Assembly (NCBI GenBank): GCA_001643675.2
Contig: LSRY02000008.1
Location: forward strand, 1,860,001 to 1,924,000
Direction of reading: 5' to 3'
DNA length: 64,000 bases
DNA from: Monocercomonoides exilis PA203
Lineage: Eukaryota > Protista > Preaxostyla
The stretch's first letter is position 1, and every line of letters begins with the position of its first letter. The translations under genes and the position numbers were made by a program. The notes beneath the pieces were generated by a model. It searched no databases. It was given only the letters and a program-made list of their open reading frames with translations, and was not told the DNA's origin. This document shows positions 25,201 through 34,819 of this stretch, piece by piece.

Positions 25201-28200
25201 TTCGCTTCAGCGCATCGCTCTGTCTTTGGGGTGAGGAGCGGAAATCTGACGCTGGGCGACTGCACAATCACGTCAGAAGAGCCGGCGCAGCTGGCAAATA
25301 CTGTAATTTGTGTTGAGAGTCATTGTTTGTGTTTGAGCAATGTTTCGTTCTCGGCCATCCGCTTGCAGGCATCGAGGCAGCAGCCATCAGCAGAAGCATT
25401 TGGAGCAAAGCAATTTGCTCAGTCTTCTTTTGCTTTGTCTTTGTTAGAGCCAGAAGCAGGGAATTCGTTCATTGAGGCCTGCTCAGGTGCTGCTGTGGAG
25501 TTGATTGGTGTCTGCTTCAAAGAGCTATCTTTATTTGTCGTGTCGGGAGATGCCTCGCAGTCGGCTCATGTCATCAAGTGCGAGTCGTCGTCTCTGACAG
25601 CCAGCGGACTGAGAATAGAAGATTGTTCTGTTTCTTTCATAACACCTTCCGATTCTTCATCATCATCATCTTCATCATCATCTTCTTCTTCTTCTCATTC
25701 TCCCAATTCCTTTGAGTCATCTGCGAACTCTCTCATTTCTGTGTCTGGCGGCAGCGTGGCTGTGCTGGCAGACATTTGCATAGAGCATGTTTTCGAGTGC
25801 TGCGGTGTGCTCTCTGCAGAATGCGGGTGCAAAGTGGAAGTGAAGCGGAGCAATGTCTCTTCGCTCTCTTCGCACTCGTCTGCCTTTGCCGCCGAAATGG
25901 CAGCGTCTTTTGTGCTGAGAGACGTTCATATCAGCCAAGTGGCTGTGGAAGAAGGATGTTTGTTTGCTCTTCTGCCTCCTCCTTCTCCTTCTCCTCCTCT
26001 TTCTTCTCTTTTCGATGAAGAATCGGATAATTTTGAGTTTAATTCTGAATTTTACAAGGCAGCCGATGAAAGCAGCGACACGCCGTTTGAGTTGGTTCTG
26101 TGTGAAGTGAGGGATGTGCAGCTGAAGCATTCGGAAGGAGCAGCTGTGAAGGCAGCCAGTTGGAACAGCCGCATTCTGATTGACTCGTGTGTGTTCAGCA
26201 ACATCAGCAGCCAGCGCGAAAGAGGAAGCTATTTGGATTTGACCTCGTGTGGAAGTGTTGCAATAGAAAAGAGCTCATTTTGGGGGGTTGGAGAAATGAT
26301 GAGCCAAAATGGAAAGAATATTCATTCAAAAGTGAATGAAAACGAAGAAACTGGCGAAGAAACTGGTTTTGTGTGGGAATGGAGCAGCTCTTCAATCAAC
26401 TTTGTAGAAAGCACAGTGAATATAAACGATACTTCATTTGAGAACTTCTCTCAAGGAGCCATTTCTCTGTCTAACTCGACTGTTACGATAGAACTGGGGA
26501 TGTTTCAGAACAACAATCCATTTGTTTCTGGCTTTCCTTCTCTTCGACGCAACATTTTGTGTTCAAATGGAAGCACGTTGAATGTGAAGAGTGTGAAAGG
26601 AGGAGACGGAGCAAAAGAGAACTCCTCTTTTTGGGTGCTGGACAAAGATGGCACTTTGAACAAGAGTGACACAGAAGTTCCACTGTCTTTCTTTGTTCCT
26701 TCGATCAAGTCTGTTGAAAAATCAGAGAACGAAAACAAAGACATCGAATTGAAATTCATTGGCACGCTTTTGCTGCCTTGCTCGCCTGTTTTGAGAGTTC
26801 ATCGGATTGAAGGAGAAATAACAACGATTGAAGATTTAGCGATAAAAGAGACGAAGAGCATTGACGAAAACACGTTGGAATGTCTGATTGACAGCTCTGC
26901 AAAAGGCAAATTGGAAAATGAATATAAAGTTGCTGTTCTTCTTCAGTTTCGAGATGAGCACAACAATTCGATTGTGCAAACGAATGAGTTTGTGATCAAT
27001 GAAGCACACCCACTGCCAGCAGACGAGAACAATACTGAAACAAACGATCCAAATAAAATGACAAAGACAGAGAATGGAAAGGGGAGTGCCTCGTGGCTGC
27101 TGTATGCCTTCATTGGGATGATCGTGCTGGCTGTGGTGCTTGTGCTGGCGATTGTGGCTGTGCTGCTGCGGGCGAGGCGTCGGCGCCAAATAGAGGAAAA
27201 GAACCAGGCGAAAGGGATGCGCTATGCGTATGACATTTACGGGGACGGGGCAGAAGGGGGCTTTGAGATGCAGCGGATGGAGACAGCAGCGATCGGGATG
27301 GGTCTGAGCGGGGTGGCGCAGACGAGCGAGATCTGCTCGTCGCAGGAGGCGCTGCTGCGGTGCGAGGGCTCAGGCAGATTTGGGAGGCTGAATGGAGATG
27401 GAGGAGATGGTGGGGTGGATGGCTTTGACTGCCGGCTGGTGGCAGCAGACGGGCAGTGCAACACGCTGGAGCTGCTGCTGGATGCTCAGCAGCGAGAAGA
27501 GGGGCAGGCGAAGGAGAGGGAGAGGGAGAAGTGGATGGGGCAGAGGGAGGTGGCGAATGCGCTGTCGCCGTTTGCGCCGCCTGTGCTGAACGGGGCGGAG
27601 TCGAATCGTTCGCTGTGTGTGTCGCCTGGCTTGGCAGGGGCAGCAATGAATGGAGGGAGCGGAGGGAAGGGAATAAATAGACTGAATTCAGTTCATTCAG
27701 CCAATTCAGCCAATTCATACAACTCATACAGCTCATACAATTCTAATGATTCTAATAACTCAAATAATTCATTGAACAGAATGGATTCATTGAATAGAAT
27801 GATTGGGATGAATGGGGTGAATGGGGTGAGTGCAGAGCAAGGGGCAGAGACGTGTCTGATGGTGCCGTATTCAGATGCGCAGACGACGACGTCGCTGAGC
27901 CAGCTGGTGGAAGGAATGAGCTGTGAGCATCCATTCGAGTCAGTTGTGGTTGACCTGAGGGACACGGTGTTTGCGAGGGTACACTTGGCAGAGGAGAAGA
28001 AGAAGAAGAAGATGGAGAAGATGGAGAGCATGGGGATGGGAAGAGAAGGAAGAGGAGGAATGGAAGAAGAGAAAGAAGAAGAAGAGGAAGGAGAAGAGGA
28101 GAAGAAAAGGGAGAAAGCGAAGAAGGAAGAGGTGGAGGCAGCGCGGGTGATATTCTGGGTGCTGAATGGGGTGGAGCATCTGCTGCAGAGCGGAAGAGAA

Positions 28201-29139
28201 GAAGAGCTGAGGGAGTTTACGTCGCAGTCGGTTGTGTTCACCGACGGCGGGGCAGTTGCGCTGCGGCTGTATTCATCGACAGCGGGCGGGGCATTCGAAG
28301 GAGAAGGAGGGAGAGAGGGAGAAAGAGAGGGAGGATGGGGAGATGAGGAAGGAGAGGACTTTGTGGGCTTCTCGGTGGAGTCGTGTCTGAGCAGAGGGAA
28401 AGAGAGGGAGAAAGAGAAAGAGAGAGGGAAGGGAGTGTTGTGCAGAAAGAGCGAGCGGCCGACGAACTTCTTTGCGCAGCGGTGGGCAGCGCCGGAGCAG
28501 CTGAGCGGGGCGGTTGGGCAGCCGAACGAGAAGAGCGCTGTGTTTTCGGTGGGGCTGGTGCTGCACGAGATGCTCAGCCGGAAGATGCCCTTTGAGGACG
28601 AAGACGCCTTCGCGGCGGGCGTGTCGATCGCTGCCGGCCGCAAACCTTCCGAAGTGGGCGCGGAATATTCCTTCCTGCGGCCCATCGTCGAGCAGATGCT
28701 GCAGAAAAATCCCGCTCTGCGCCCGTCGATCTGCGCGCTGAAGAAAAAGATTGCGGGAATTCTTCCAGAGGCAGAGGAGCTGATGAAGAAAGGAAGAGAA
28801 GGAGAGGGAGAGGGAGAAGAAGTTAAAAGAGAAGGAAATGGAGAGTTGGGTATTGTGAGCATCTCCACCTCAGCGTCGATCCTGTCAATTGCATCTTCTG
28901 CCTCTTCTGCCTCTTCTGCCTCTTCAGATGGCTCAGATGATTCAGATGACTCAGCCGAAGTGGATGCATTGGATGACTCAGATGAGTCAGATGAGTCTGT
29001 TGATAGCCTTTCTTCTTCTTCTTCTGTTTCTTCTTTTGCTTCATTTGCTTCTGCTTCTTCTGCTCAGTCTGATTCGGAATGTGTTTCTGAGGCAGATTTG
29101 AAGGAAGAGAGCGAAGACAAATCGTCTTGTTTGGCTTAA
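16240..29139 (+). CDS. Giant single-pass receptor-like protein: signal peptide, beta-helix-repeat ectodomain, TM helix, C-terminal pseudokinase (4299 aa)
   Basis: 12.9-kb uninterrupted ORF. ATG at 16240 gives MRLAIFVFALCYAVAA (signal). Repeated GG(A/G)(I/V)Y...FxxNxA and CGxxxxPCx(T/S) motifs. TM WLLYAFIGMIVLAVVLVLAIVAVLL (~27094-27168) is followed by RARRRR. Kinase C-lobe motifs WAAPE, AVFSVGLVLHEM, MPF and NPALRPS are present without HRD/DFG. Confidence 0.92.
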   Translation: MRLAIFVFALCYAVAAQLVPLSQEKAVIKSNQQFLPMVLLTNSSLESTNLLLDERGCSAIFSVDKNSILSLNRITSLKPTINLHPTCTSNGQCFFVNFSVVFEANWNRSICSLAWLSGGAGRSSVLFSSFNSLVFCPSKSSSFACGGIGDFESVEGCAFSNVTAKEEPIKELQMADHLSAVNSSVLYNNTFFSCADVFYGTVVHGLSPSSPACDFRSSFDRYIQCTHSQSTEKSSKFYISRTDRVTMEKQHGIFENEEWIECKGQQGGAIYFNGYYITVNWDLNISNCVFEKCHSDDKGGAIFVYKIYKHTCSACHFFGNTAVNDPQDIYVANTDSHYEIANFAFSNSYSTTTGSRFVINEKGDYSNYIATMNEQRKIKHSGADEWGCGLGTLPCQTIAYAYSAMRTKYIMPMLCEEGTYTPPTLTISEKPLTFSGAGIDKTTIGNSYANNAIFMVSGNELVVQNLCFLLSTGSTRILRMTSASSFSSSAHSSNEPNAFCSSNSGQSTSQFESIKINQTADKELSAALFSIESGQFSVSKLTAVNIKLSSSFFSLFFFSSCDNPSIRDCVFDNIFSWYSSSMSIYSPIFTQLSSSNLALSLQNCSFNNISSRDCATGGCLAFYAKLTSSSDSSISNIASSFSIRNCSFSLCASKPANSKGGAIYANYGQSKPTESDFYVFNTSFSSNQATSGGDLYFVCLNFEESVNETLFGFVSTAESKRGIHMSIYGDDFNYFQGDPIDLRIFLKGYFAMTVYAASGSDSIDRIFCGEIRRKCSTVNYALGRLTRPSSSSSSSSPSNGQRTVYISGASTVTSSGNLLNSVSITPEQNSASKSSFSSSYSSEPSGSVKANLRIPSSVTGQSSYIFHSSDETSLNSLAFSIAPSVIDEVKHLLQSLVSLQNGILTLSDCSFQWDESSLSNSYSSSLILISSEQRSDAKLVINQCAISHSAPLAISVPIFDLSQGSISSQLTSVHIQNVTSSSRSSAVFAFKSISSSSSSDSSSSSSAANPQTSFSQCSFANIKGSEGTNALFSTSPLMTGSVVFEQCNLTDCVGASSTEGGGMRWDVCGSEEMKMINCNISSCAAKESPGSSRGSNEDSSKGRGGGVYLILNGSSSDFLFESCTFSGNRAELGRDVFIQCAKLSQAADLSKYVDVFSSAFDADNSFFGAESATLSNTVDLLDAMRYRSTVVFVFGKAPTTSSSVTSSSSSSAINSDPTDPASQTGIDWFRCGPSDDPCETIDFSLKQKAAPEPEAKEAAAEEDKMQTIKVKESSFIKEEIDLSDSILTSAEENAECKVDFVQSIPKTTGIAITNTKTMKISHVSFNVPTAFTNGMTLLISSQSGTTSLESCNFYLNSSSSFAHSNGDDADADADDAVSFSFPLVGVSSGVLSVVSCCFGSNLAVNFGAAVMEISDSVDFTFDTATFQNLCVHSDCLFNVVHSNEASLLHSTSASASASSRAQTEQTEGEGDVSDEDFSEYSFKFLNCTFNSISSVSSASSAVQTGKASLLSPEHAAGVVLSNCSVSTCLSEGSLEGGALRLSASSQAPFTLKKSSISSCACETASGKGGFLFLCLDGSDAEFNFEELTFSGNEAKVGENMFLACTELNASIKTSKFNFDFSDFAGNINAFVGNDTKYGNTDLTVFLFAYLGSTINVGSEGLDSDGCGAHVPCFSFWTSIKHIDTKATNKRIIITSSTDIEDEHDISGLTISSQSALDSLSDSPLPSSTLSIHSKLNTLNNSQKGVLVNSRSATIEDVLISIPSSFLDGSSASINENVLFASECNDAADLAGSGLSLTKCSFQKQTDESVKYKLVAAMKGKVSLCDVWVEEMAFSCSAFAFSSGGVLWFEECHFASVNLEQKSFMEMLEVETPKNEGEKEGEGEGDSSTAVLLLNASSFSSINNGALNPCSSMFSLQNSYEIEVVGCTFQTLGSEGCKKGGAMSFELKGVDGQLKMRNVGVTDSICSSSEGCGGGIYLTCATDNNDRYSFSEISVGGNKAHQGRDMFIVANDLRKGVNSELFAFATQFEDKTNALVGFDRSYFNEAVDLMIFVEGFVSASVLVEAPAGQNEVFCGNKYVPCQSLDYSVNRLAESSADVPHRVITVKSNGSIENDISLNSVNVLSFGKENSGINISTNVQFASGSVVLSTAALSFSSIDFHIPSVFAIDTPEGASLFSSSTETGNIQFSSCSFILTSSESQDVSSCVHLISVLGGVVQLSQCHADSASFSVTPFVISQTAQASFEGVHFTHLSFSTCSLFDLIPSTPEEKDDYSSSTNQESEPAEISFKNCEFTSLHVSEYDEQPSFGYVQLETHLSIVNCSLDDLTSALSEEGGGMKIELGTEGSFCLKGENSEQLSSVSHCTCSTFVGKGGFLYLSCCNSIDGFSLSDLVFSENEAFVGGNVFILSSDLNSSVIIERLMFDWTEWKNKNAFFGADEVNFTEGISLDKLLFEHTDTSVVVSSSGRDIHGCGSETEPCLSFWEGMRHFREGVQFREIKINTSAAISDEWDLSNSSISPAVPSSPGYSSSSSSDEPSSDECTINVGKAIQSLSEPSEAVLTNKLVLTFTSINFCLPSSFETPQKELLFTETGTATLNKCSFAMQTTEEGIAFVLFHVSSGTLSIEESKMAELSFAISAIRLSAPAAHFVASAFSVDVLNFADGSFISVDDAEEKGNEESVLSGNGKETKASKEASEIRLENLQWHLIRSTNAKASIISYESALSVELTMDNSTFSDCNSESQLGGAFCVWMKEKAGGLADSWANEGSVLANLSSFVTCACSTSEGRGGAIALNCLDDPEDSDAPSAEKAKALPIKFRLIRFSLNRASVAKDLYIVCRSIAEQINEALFVMDFSELAFDRNNAIFGMDKENEGPIDLVPLIVFYKSERIFVSGEKGKNEKDCGRREDPCETLSEAVRHLNDEPYQNVLVVKKAAVSAETAISSATVQTVGGSPAVFEFNSEIAQTDGSADCVVSSSEECSILGMDIVFGPSFASAHRSVFGVRSGNLTLGDCTITSEEPAQLANTVICVESHCLCLSNVSFSAIRLQASRQQPSAEAFGAKQFAQSSFALSLLEPEAGNSFIEACSGAAVELIGVCFKELSLFVVSGDASQSAHVIKCESSSLTASGLRIEDCSVSFITPSDSSSSSSSSSSSSSSHSPNSFESSANSLISVSGGSVAVLADICIEHVFECCGVLSAECGCKVEVKRSNVSSLSSHSSAFAAEMAASFVLRDVHISQVAVEEGCLFALLPPPSPSPPLSSLFDEESDNFEFNSEFYKAADESSDTPFELVLCEVRDVQLKHSEGAAVKAASWNSRILIDSCVFSNISSQRERGSYLDLTSCGSVAIEKSSFWGVGEMMSQNGKNIHSKVNENEETGEETGFVWEWSSSSINFVESTVNINDTSFENFSQGAISLSNSTVTIELGMFQNNNPFVSGFPSLRRNILCSNGSTLNVKSVKGGDGAKENSSFWVLDKDGTLNKSDTEVPLSFFVPSIKSVEKSENENKDIELKFIGTLLLPCSPVLRVHRIEGEITTIEDLAIKETKSIDENTLECLIDSSAKGKLENEYKVAVLLQFRDEHNNSIVQTNEFVINEAHPLPADENNTETNDPNKMTKTENGKGSASWLLYAFIGMIVLAVVLVLAIVAVLLRARRRRQIEEKNQAKGMRYAYDIYGDGAEGGFEMQRMETAAIGMGLSGVAQTSEICSSQEALLRCEGSGRFGRLNGDGGDGGVDGFDCRLVAADGQCNTLELLLDAQQREEGQAKEREREKWMGQREVANALSPFAPPVLNGAESNRSLCVSPGLAGAAMNGGSGGKGINRLNSVHSANSANSYNSYSSYNSNDSNNSNNSLNRMDSLNRMIGMNGVNGVSAEQGAETCLMVPYSDAQTTTSLSQLVEGMSCEHPFESVVVDLRDTVFARVHLAEEKKKKKMEKMESMGMGREGRGGMEEEKEEEEEGEEEKKREKAKKEEVEAARVIFWVLNGVEHLLQSGREEELREFTSQSVVFTDGGAVALRLYSSTAGGAFEGEGGREGEREGGWGDEEGEDFVGFSVESCLSRGKEREKEKERGKGVLCRKSERPTNFFAQRWAAPEQLSGAVGQPNEKSAVFSVGLVLHEMLSRKMPFEDEDAFAAGVSIAAGRKPSEVGAEYSFLRPIVEQMLQKNPALRPSICALKKKIAGILPEAEELMKKGREGEGEGEEVKREGNGELGIVSISTSASILSIASSASSASSASSDGSDDSDDSAEVDALDDSDESDESVDSLSSSSSVSSFASFASASSAQSDSECVSEADLKEESEDKSSCLA

Positions 29140-30578
29140 TCTCGCTGCGTTCTGTCTTTGCGCTGCATCGGATTCAACTCAAAGCAGCTCAGAGAAGAAA
29201 CGCGGGAAAAGAGGGAAAAGCCGAAGAAAAGATAAAACTTGAAGAAGAAAAAGAAGAAAAAGAAGAAGAAAGAAGGAAGAAGAAGAAATTTGTTCCTTTT
29301 TACAAAGACAAAATGCAAAATGATGAATGTTCGATGGATTCAACAACGCAAAGTCAATCAGCAACAAAACTAAAGAGACACACGAGCAATGGTTTATTTG
29401 GTTTATCTTTTGATTCGTTGGTCTTTTTTTAAGTTTTCTCGCATTATTGCGAATTTTCATCCACTCGGAAAATGTTTTTATTTTATTTTATTTTTTTGAC
29501 TTCTTTTCGTTTGAGAATTTTGTGTGCATATTGAGAAATTGCGCATATCAGTTTTGTCATGTCTAGTAGTGATTGCATACAGCATTGATTTGAGAGCTTT
29601 TGAGAGATTTAAATTTTTGTTTTGGAAATCAAGAATTGTTATTGATCCAACTTCACGCTTTTAGCATTGGCCGTTAATATGTACTTCGCACCAGACTGTT
29701 TTTGGAATAGTATTCATTGTTGAGTATATTTGATTGGATTTCCTTGTTATTTTTTATTTGAAAAGTTTTATAAGCATTTTTCCATTTTAGTTTGATTTTT
29801 CATTTTTTGAAAAGCAACTTCACCAAATTTGACAACAAATGAATTTTTTGTTTTGTATTTTCATCTTTTTATATTTCTTTTTGTAATTTTTTTATTATTG
29901 GAGAATATCTACCAAATGAATGCTTTTTATCATTTTTGAAGGAAAAGTGTTGCAAAAAGATTTCTTCAGTTAAGCATTCATAAAAAGCACAAATGAAAAG
30001 CATCCTTCAAATGATACAAATCGAAACTATGTGCCTGAATATTCGATTGTGAAAGTTATATGAAAATGTATTTCTTGGAAAAAGAAACTTTCCAACAAAA
30101 ACGATTTTTGCAGAAAAAAGTTCAAAAAGCAAAAAATTACTATTTGAATTGAAAAAATTCTTTCTCATTTTTTTTAAGCTCGTTTCACAAAATCCTTTTT
30201 TTTTTTGGGCTTGCAAAAGAGTGAAGTGAAGAAAATAAAAATCATCAAAAGATTTTTCAAAAAAATAGAGAATAAAAATTGAAAAATTCTTTCATTTCCT
30301 CAGTTTTCTATTATTTCAGGTGCATTTCATGTTAATGATGCTTTTCCAATGCTTTTGTGTTGTTTGTCACGAAATAATACGAATCAAATGTGTTCAATGA
30401 TGAAATACAACGACATTCGAAAAATAGACATGGCTTTGAAAATATATGGATAAAACCTTTCAACTCTTTTCAAATCAAAGAAAGATTGTCTTGCTGCGAA
30501 AAATAAATTTTTAACAAAAATCACATATGATTCTGATACAACGTTCATGATACAAAAAAAAGCTTCTTTGAACGTTTT

Positions 30579-32420
30579 TCAAAATAAAAAATAGAAAAGA
30601 AATTTGTTCAATAAAATCAAAATCTTCTTTCCAATCTTAACATTATTCATCATCAGCTGCCCCAGCGCCACTTCAAACACAGATGCTGATATAACACTCC
30701 CTCCTGATGTTGAAGAGTCAATCACCACATCCTCCAGCGAAAGAGTCCCGCTCCCCACAGACACCACAAACACACTCGGCGATGAGCTTCTTGTCGCGTT
30801 GTGATCGATCCCCACATGCCCCACCTCCAGTTGGCCAGAAGATATGCTGAACAGTGTTGTCGAAGAGTTCGAAAGCGCACTCGTCCCAATCACACTCACT
30901 GTCTTCCCTTTCCCTGCTATTATTATCTTCTTTCCCCCGACATTGATTGTCGCCCCTTCGCTCACATGCCTTCCACCCAGCAACGTGATTGTCGAGCTCA
31001 GCTGTGCCATGCTCGAACCCACTGCATACCCCACGGTCTTGCAAGGTGCTGACTCACTCATCCCACACAGATTGTTTGTGTCATTTCCACCCACCCCAAC
31101 ATACCGATCCTTCATCCCTTCCTTCAGCCAATCCTTCTTTTCTGTATATTGACCATTATAATAACGGCACACTCTCTTCTCATTTGTATTCGTTGTATAT
31201 GATTCATAGAACGGATTATTCGATGAAAAAAGATTGTTTCCATCAGAAAAATACACATCGTGGCCATATGGAGTGGAAGTGGTTGTGCATCTGCAATCGT
31301 GGAAGAAGAAGAAATAACAATAAATGTTGTTGCTTGGAGGTGCTTGTTGGTTTGGATACAACTCCATTCCTCCGCCATATGATAATGCAGAACACGAAAT
31401 AAACTGGAGACTTCTCATTTTGAATGCAGCTGGAACACCATAACAATACATCCCTCCGCCATATTGGTTTGTCAGAGAACACGAAGTGAATGAGCACTCA
31501 AACACACAAGCACTCTCCCCTTTCCCACTTTCTGTTCCAATACAGGAAGATCCAGAAATATTAAAATTTTCGAGATAAAGTCCTCCTCCATCATATTTTG
31601 CAGAACATTTCTGGAACTCGCAACCACCGACCCTGACACATGACGAAATCGAATAAGCATACATCCCTCCTCCATAATTATTTTTTGCGGTACAAGCATT
31701 GAACGAGTTGTTCTCAATATTGATTGAGCTGATTTTATAGCACATAATTCCTCCACCATAAGCATATGCATAGCAGTCATTGAACGAACAAAATCTCACT
31801 GAAAGTGTTCCCGATGTTTTGTTATACATGTAAATCGCCCCTCCACTCGATATCCCATCTGAATAAGAACTACTTGTCCCAGTTGTTTTTGAGTCATTCC
31901 ACACACACCAGGTGAATGAATTCGTCCCATTGTCTATAATCTGCTGTCTCGCTGGTTTCGATGGATTCCCTTCAGTCCCATTGACTGCAACATTCTGAGA
32001 GCGATAGCACCTGGCAAATGAGGTGTTCGAGGCAGCCAATGAAGATGAGGGGCTGTTCAGTGAGGGGACAATTCCCCCATCATAAACATCCCACACCGAT
32101 ACAAACTCACACCCACTCATCAGAAACGCCATTTGACCCAGCCCTTCACCCAGATGTGTTGTTTTCGATGGATTTGTGGAGACGTTGAAGAAGGTCAGCC
32201 GGGTGAGTGTCACAAGGGGTGTCAGGGGAGGCGCCAGAAACGGGGATGATGAAACACAAAAAGATGAGAAATTCGACTCACTCACCAATACACTCCCTCC
32301 TCCTTCGCTTTCTTCTTCTCTTCCTTCTTCTCTTCCTTCTCCACCTCTTCTTCCTCCTCCTCTCTCCCACTTCTCGGCTGCACCATCCCTCTCAATACAA
32401 TTTTCATCAAAATCTCAAAT
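30579..32420 (-). pseudogene. Truncated paralog of the 1-7107 surface-protein gene (N-terminal ~570 aa only)
   Basis: The 569-aa ORF is colinear with the N-terminus of the 7107 gene (SVWDVYDGGIVPSLN, NPSKPARQQI, CGMSESAPCKT). An in-frame stop lies upstream (~32418), there is no intact signal peptide, and homology ends at ~30630 in AT-rich DNA. Confidence 0.8.
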
Positions 32421-34819
32421 TATTCTACAACCCTTTTCCTTCCTCTTTCTGCAGCATATGTTATGAATCTCATAAAAAATTATAACAGACCTTCGCTGTC
32501 AATGCCTTTTTATAATTAATGATCCCATAAAGCTCTTTCCCAAACTGATTCTGCTGATTGACCTTCACTTTCTGTATTTTGATGTAATTTCACTCCCTTG
32601 AAATTTTACGAAAACGCCAGCAAAAACAATTTTGTTCAAACAAAATAAAAAGAAAAAACAATAAATCATATAAAAAATAGTCAAATAATATAATTAATAA
32701 AAATGTCATACCCTTGTTTTCCTTTTCTCTCGCCCACTTTTCTCAAAGAATCATCCCATTCCTTGCCTCCTCATCCCTTCCATCATCTCCAACAAAAACA
32801 AAACATACTGCAATCTCCATCCATAAAGATAAATATTCTGGAATCTATCCCCATCTTCTTTTTAGAATTTTCTCCAAATTATCTGTGTTCTTTCTCACAA
32901 AAGCTAATCTCCTCTGTTTTTCACCAAAACCCCTTTCTCCTTTCATCTTTCTTCTTTGTAAGGCACAGTTTCTTTTCTTCTTCTCAATTACTTGTGCATA
33001 TCTTCTGTCTTTTCATCATTTTCCCATTCTCTTTTTTCGCGTTCAACCAGATTTGTCCAGCACTCCTTCCAAAACCTTCAAAATTATCTTTCTTTCATTT
33101 CATTTCGCATTTCTCCTCCAGCTCACTCCTCTATGCGCCCCTTCATTTATTTCATCCAGACTTCTTTTATGCATTTTTAATCTCCTCTTTCCATGTTCCA
33201 TGTTCATTCATTGCCATCGAGCATTCTTGTAAAAATACAAACATCATAAAAAATAAAATACGAAAACATATTTTTTAATAATAATGAACAAACCTATGCC
33301 AATTGATATGACCAATCTTCGTATACAACATTTCTTCTTCTTCTTCTTCTTCTTCTTCTGTGTGTATTTCTCTGTTCTGCTCATAACATCAGCCTTCTCT
33401 GTCTCTGCTCTCAGTCTCACGGCAAATGAAACCACTTCTCTTCTGTTCCCTCAAAATTGCCCATGTCCAATCCTCACTTTCGGTTCTATTCCACAAATTC
33501 CAACAACTCCAACCATTTTTATTTTCATAAGATGGCAAGTGAAAAAAAGAAAAAAGAAGACGAAGACGAGAAAAACGAAGAAGGAGACATAGACAATAAA
33601 TTGAAGAAGAAAATGAAATTATTTTATTCGGAGGAGCTGGTGATGATGATGATGATGCGAAGAAGGCAAAGAAGGCAAAGAAGATGATGAAAACTGTGAG
33701 GCTGAAAAATAAGAATAACAATAAATGAAAAAGTCTGTGAGAGATGAAGAATACGATGAAGGAGATGCAAAAGACGATAAAGAAGATGCCGCTGAGTTTT
33801 CATATGAATGATATTTTCTTCTGTAAGAACATCCTCAAAATAGCAATCTCGTTCTCTGCTCCTGTAGATAACGCTTCGATGACATAAGGCTAAGGCGAGT
33901 ATTAAAATATTCAAAGTCCATTTTGTCTGTTATCCACCACAAGCTTCTTGTTTCACACAGAACTGTCCGTTTTTCTCGAATTTTCGACTAACAAGCCAAT
34001 CAACTAAAGTAGTTCCATCCCTCTCCTCAGTCCATAAAATCAATATCTTACCCTTCTCATCCCAAGAAAGGCGCCTTGCTCTGTCCAAACTGCTGCCAAT
34101 CTCCTGTTTCGGTCATTTGCCACAATCTCTCCAACAAAAATTTTGAAAATATCCCACACTCATTAAAAAACGTTCCCTTTTCATAGGGATTGGACATTCT
34201 TCCTTTTTGGCTTTGGATATCTTCCAATCCCGTTGATTTCTGCTCCATCAAAACTCATTTTTCATCGCATTTCTATCCATCGCGCATGTTGAGTCCAAAA
34301 TAAGTCACATAAACATTTATGATAAAATACATTCTGGCTCCAATGATATATTTGTAAGATAGCATTTGTCTCGCTTCATTGCTGTTCTGCTCTGCAAGGA
34401 ATAAATTGTCCATTTTTTATAAATCGTCTGAATCACGACTTTGGAGAGGATACGGATGATAACATCTTCACAATCAAATAGAACAATATAAATTGCATAC
34501 ATACAAATATCCGCACTCGCATTGAAAATGTTGCATCCTCACACCATTCCATCAATCAAAATGAATAATTCCAGCTTCCCTCAAAATAAAATTGTTGCTG
34601 TCTCATCTGCCATATCTCTGGAAATAATTCACCCATCCCAGCTGGAATGTTTGACGTCTTGATTTCTCACTCTGTTGAACGGCTTTTTTATCATTAAACT
34701 TTGATCATTTGCCATAACAGATTAGAGAGTTTGATGAATGAAAGAGGATTCAATTTGATGTTTTTGGTTGAAAGGGCAGAGGCTGGAAGAGAAATGGGGA
34801 CAGGGGATTGTTTGTGGGG

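Noticed and set aside
27110-28868. Minus-strand 208-aa and 391-aa ORFs
   Set aside because: They are antisense to the GC-rich cytoplasmic region of the 4299-aa gene.
16240-29139. Alternative genetic code (TAA/TAG = Gln), as in some oxymonads
   Set aside because: Multi-kilobase ORFs contain no in-frame TAA/TAG and genes end in TAA or TAG, consistent with the standard code.
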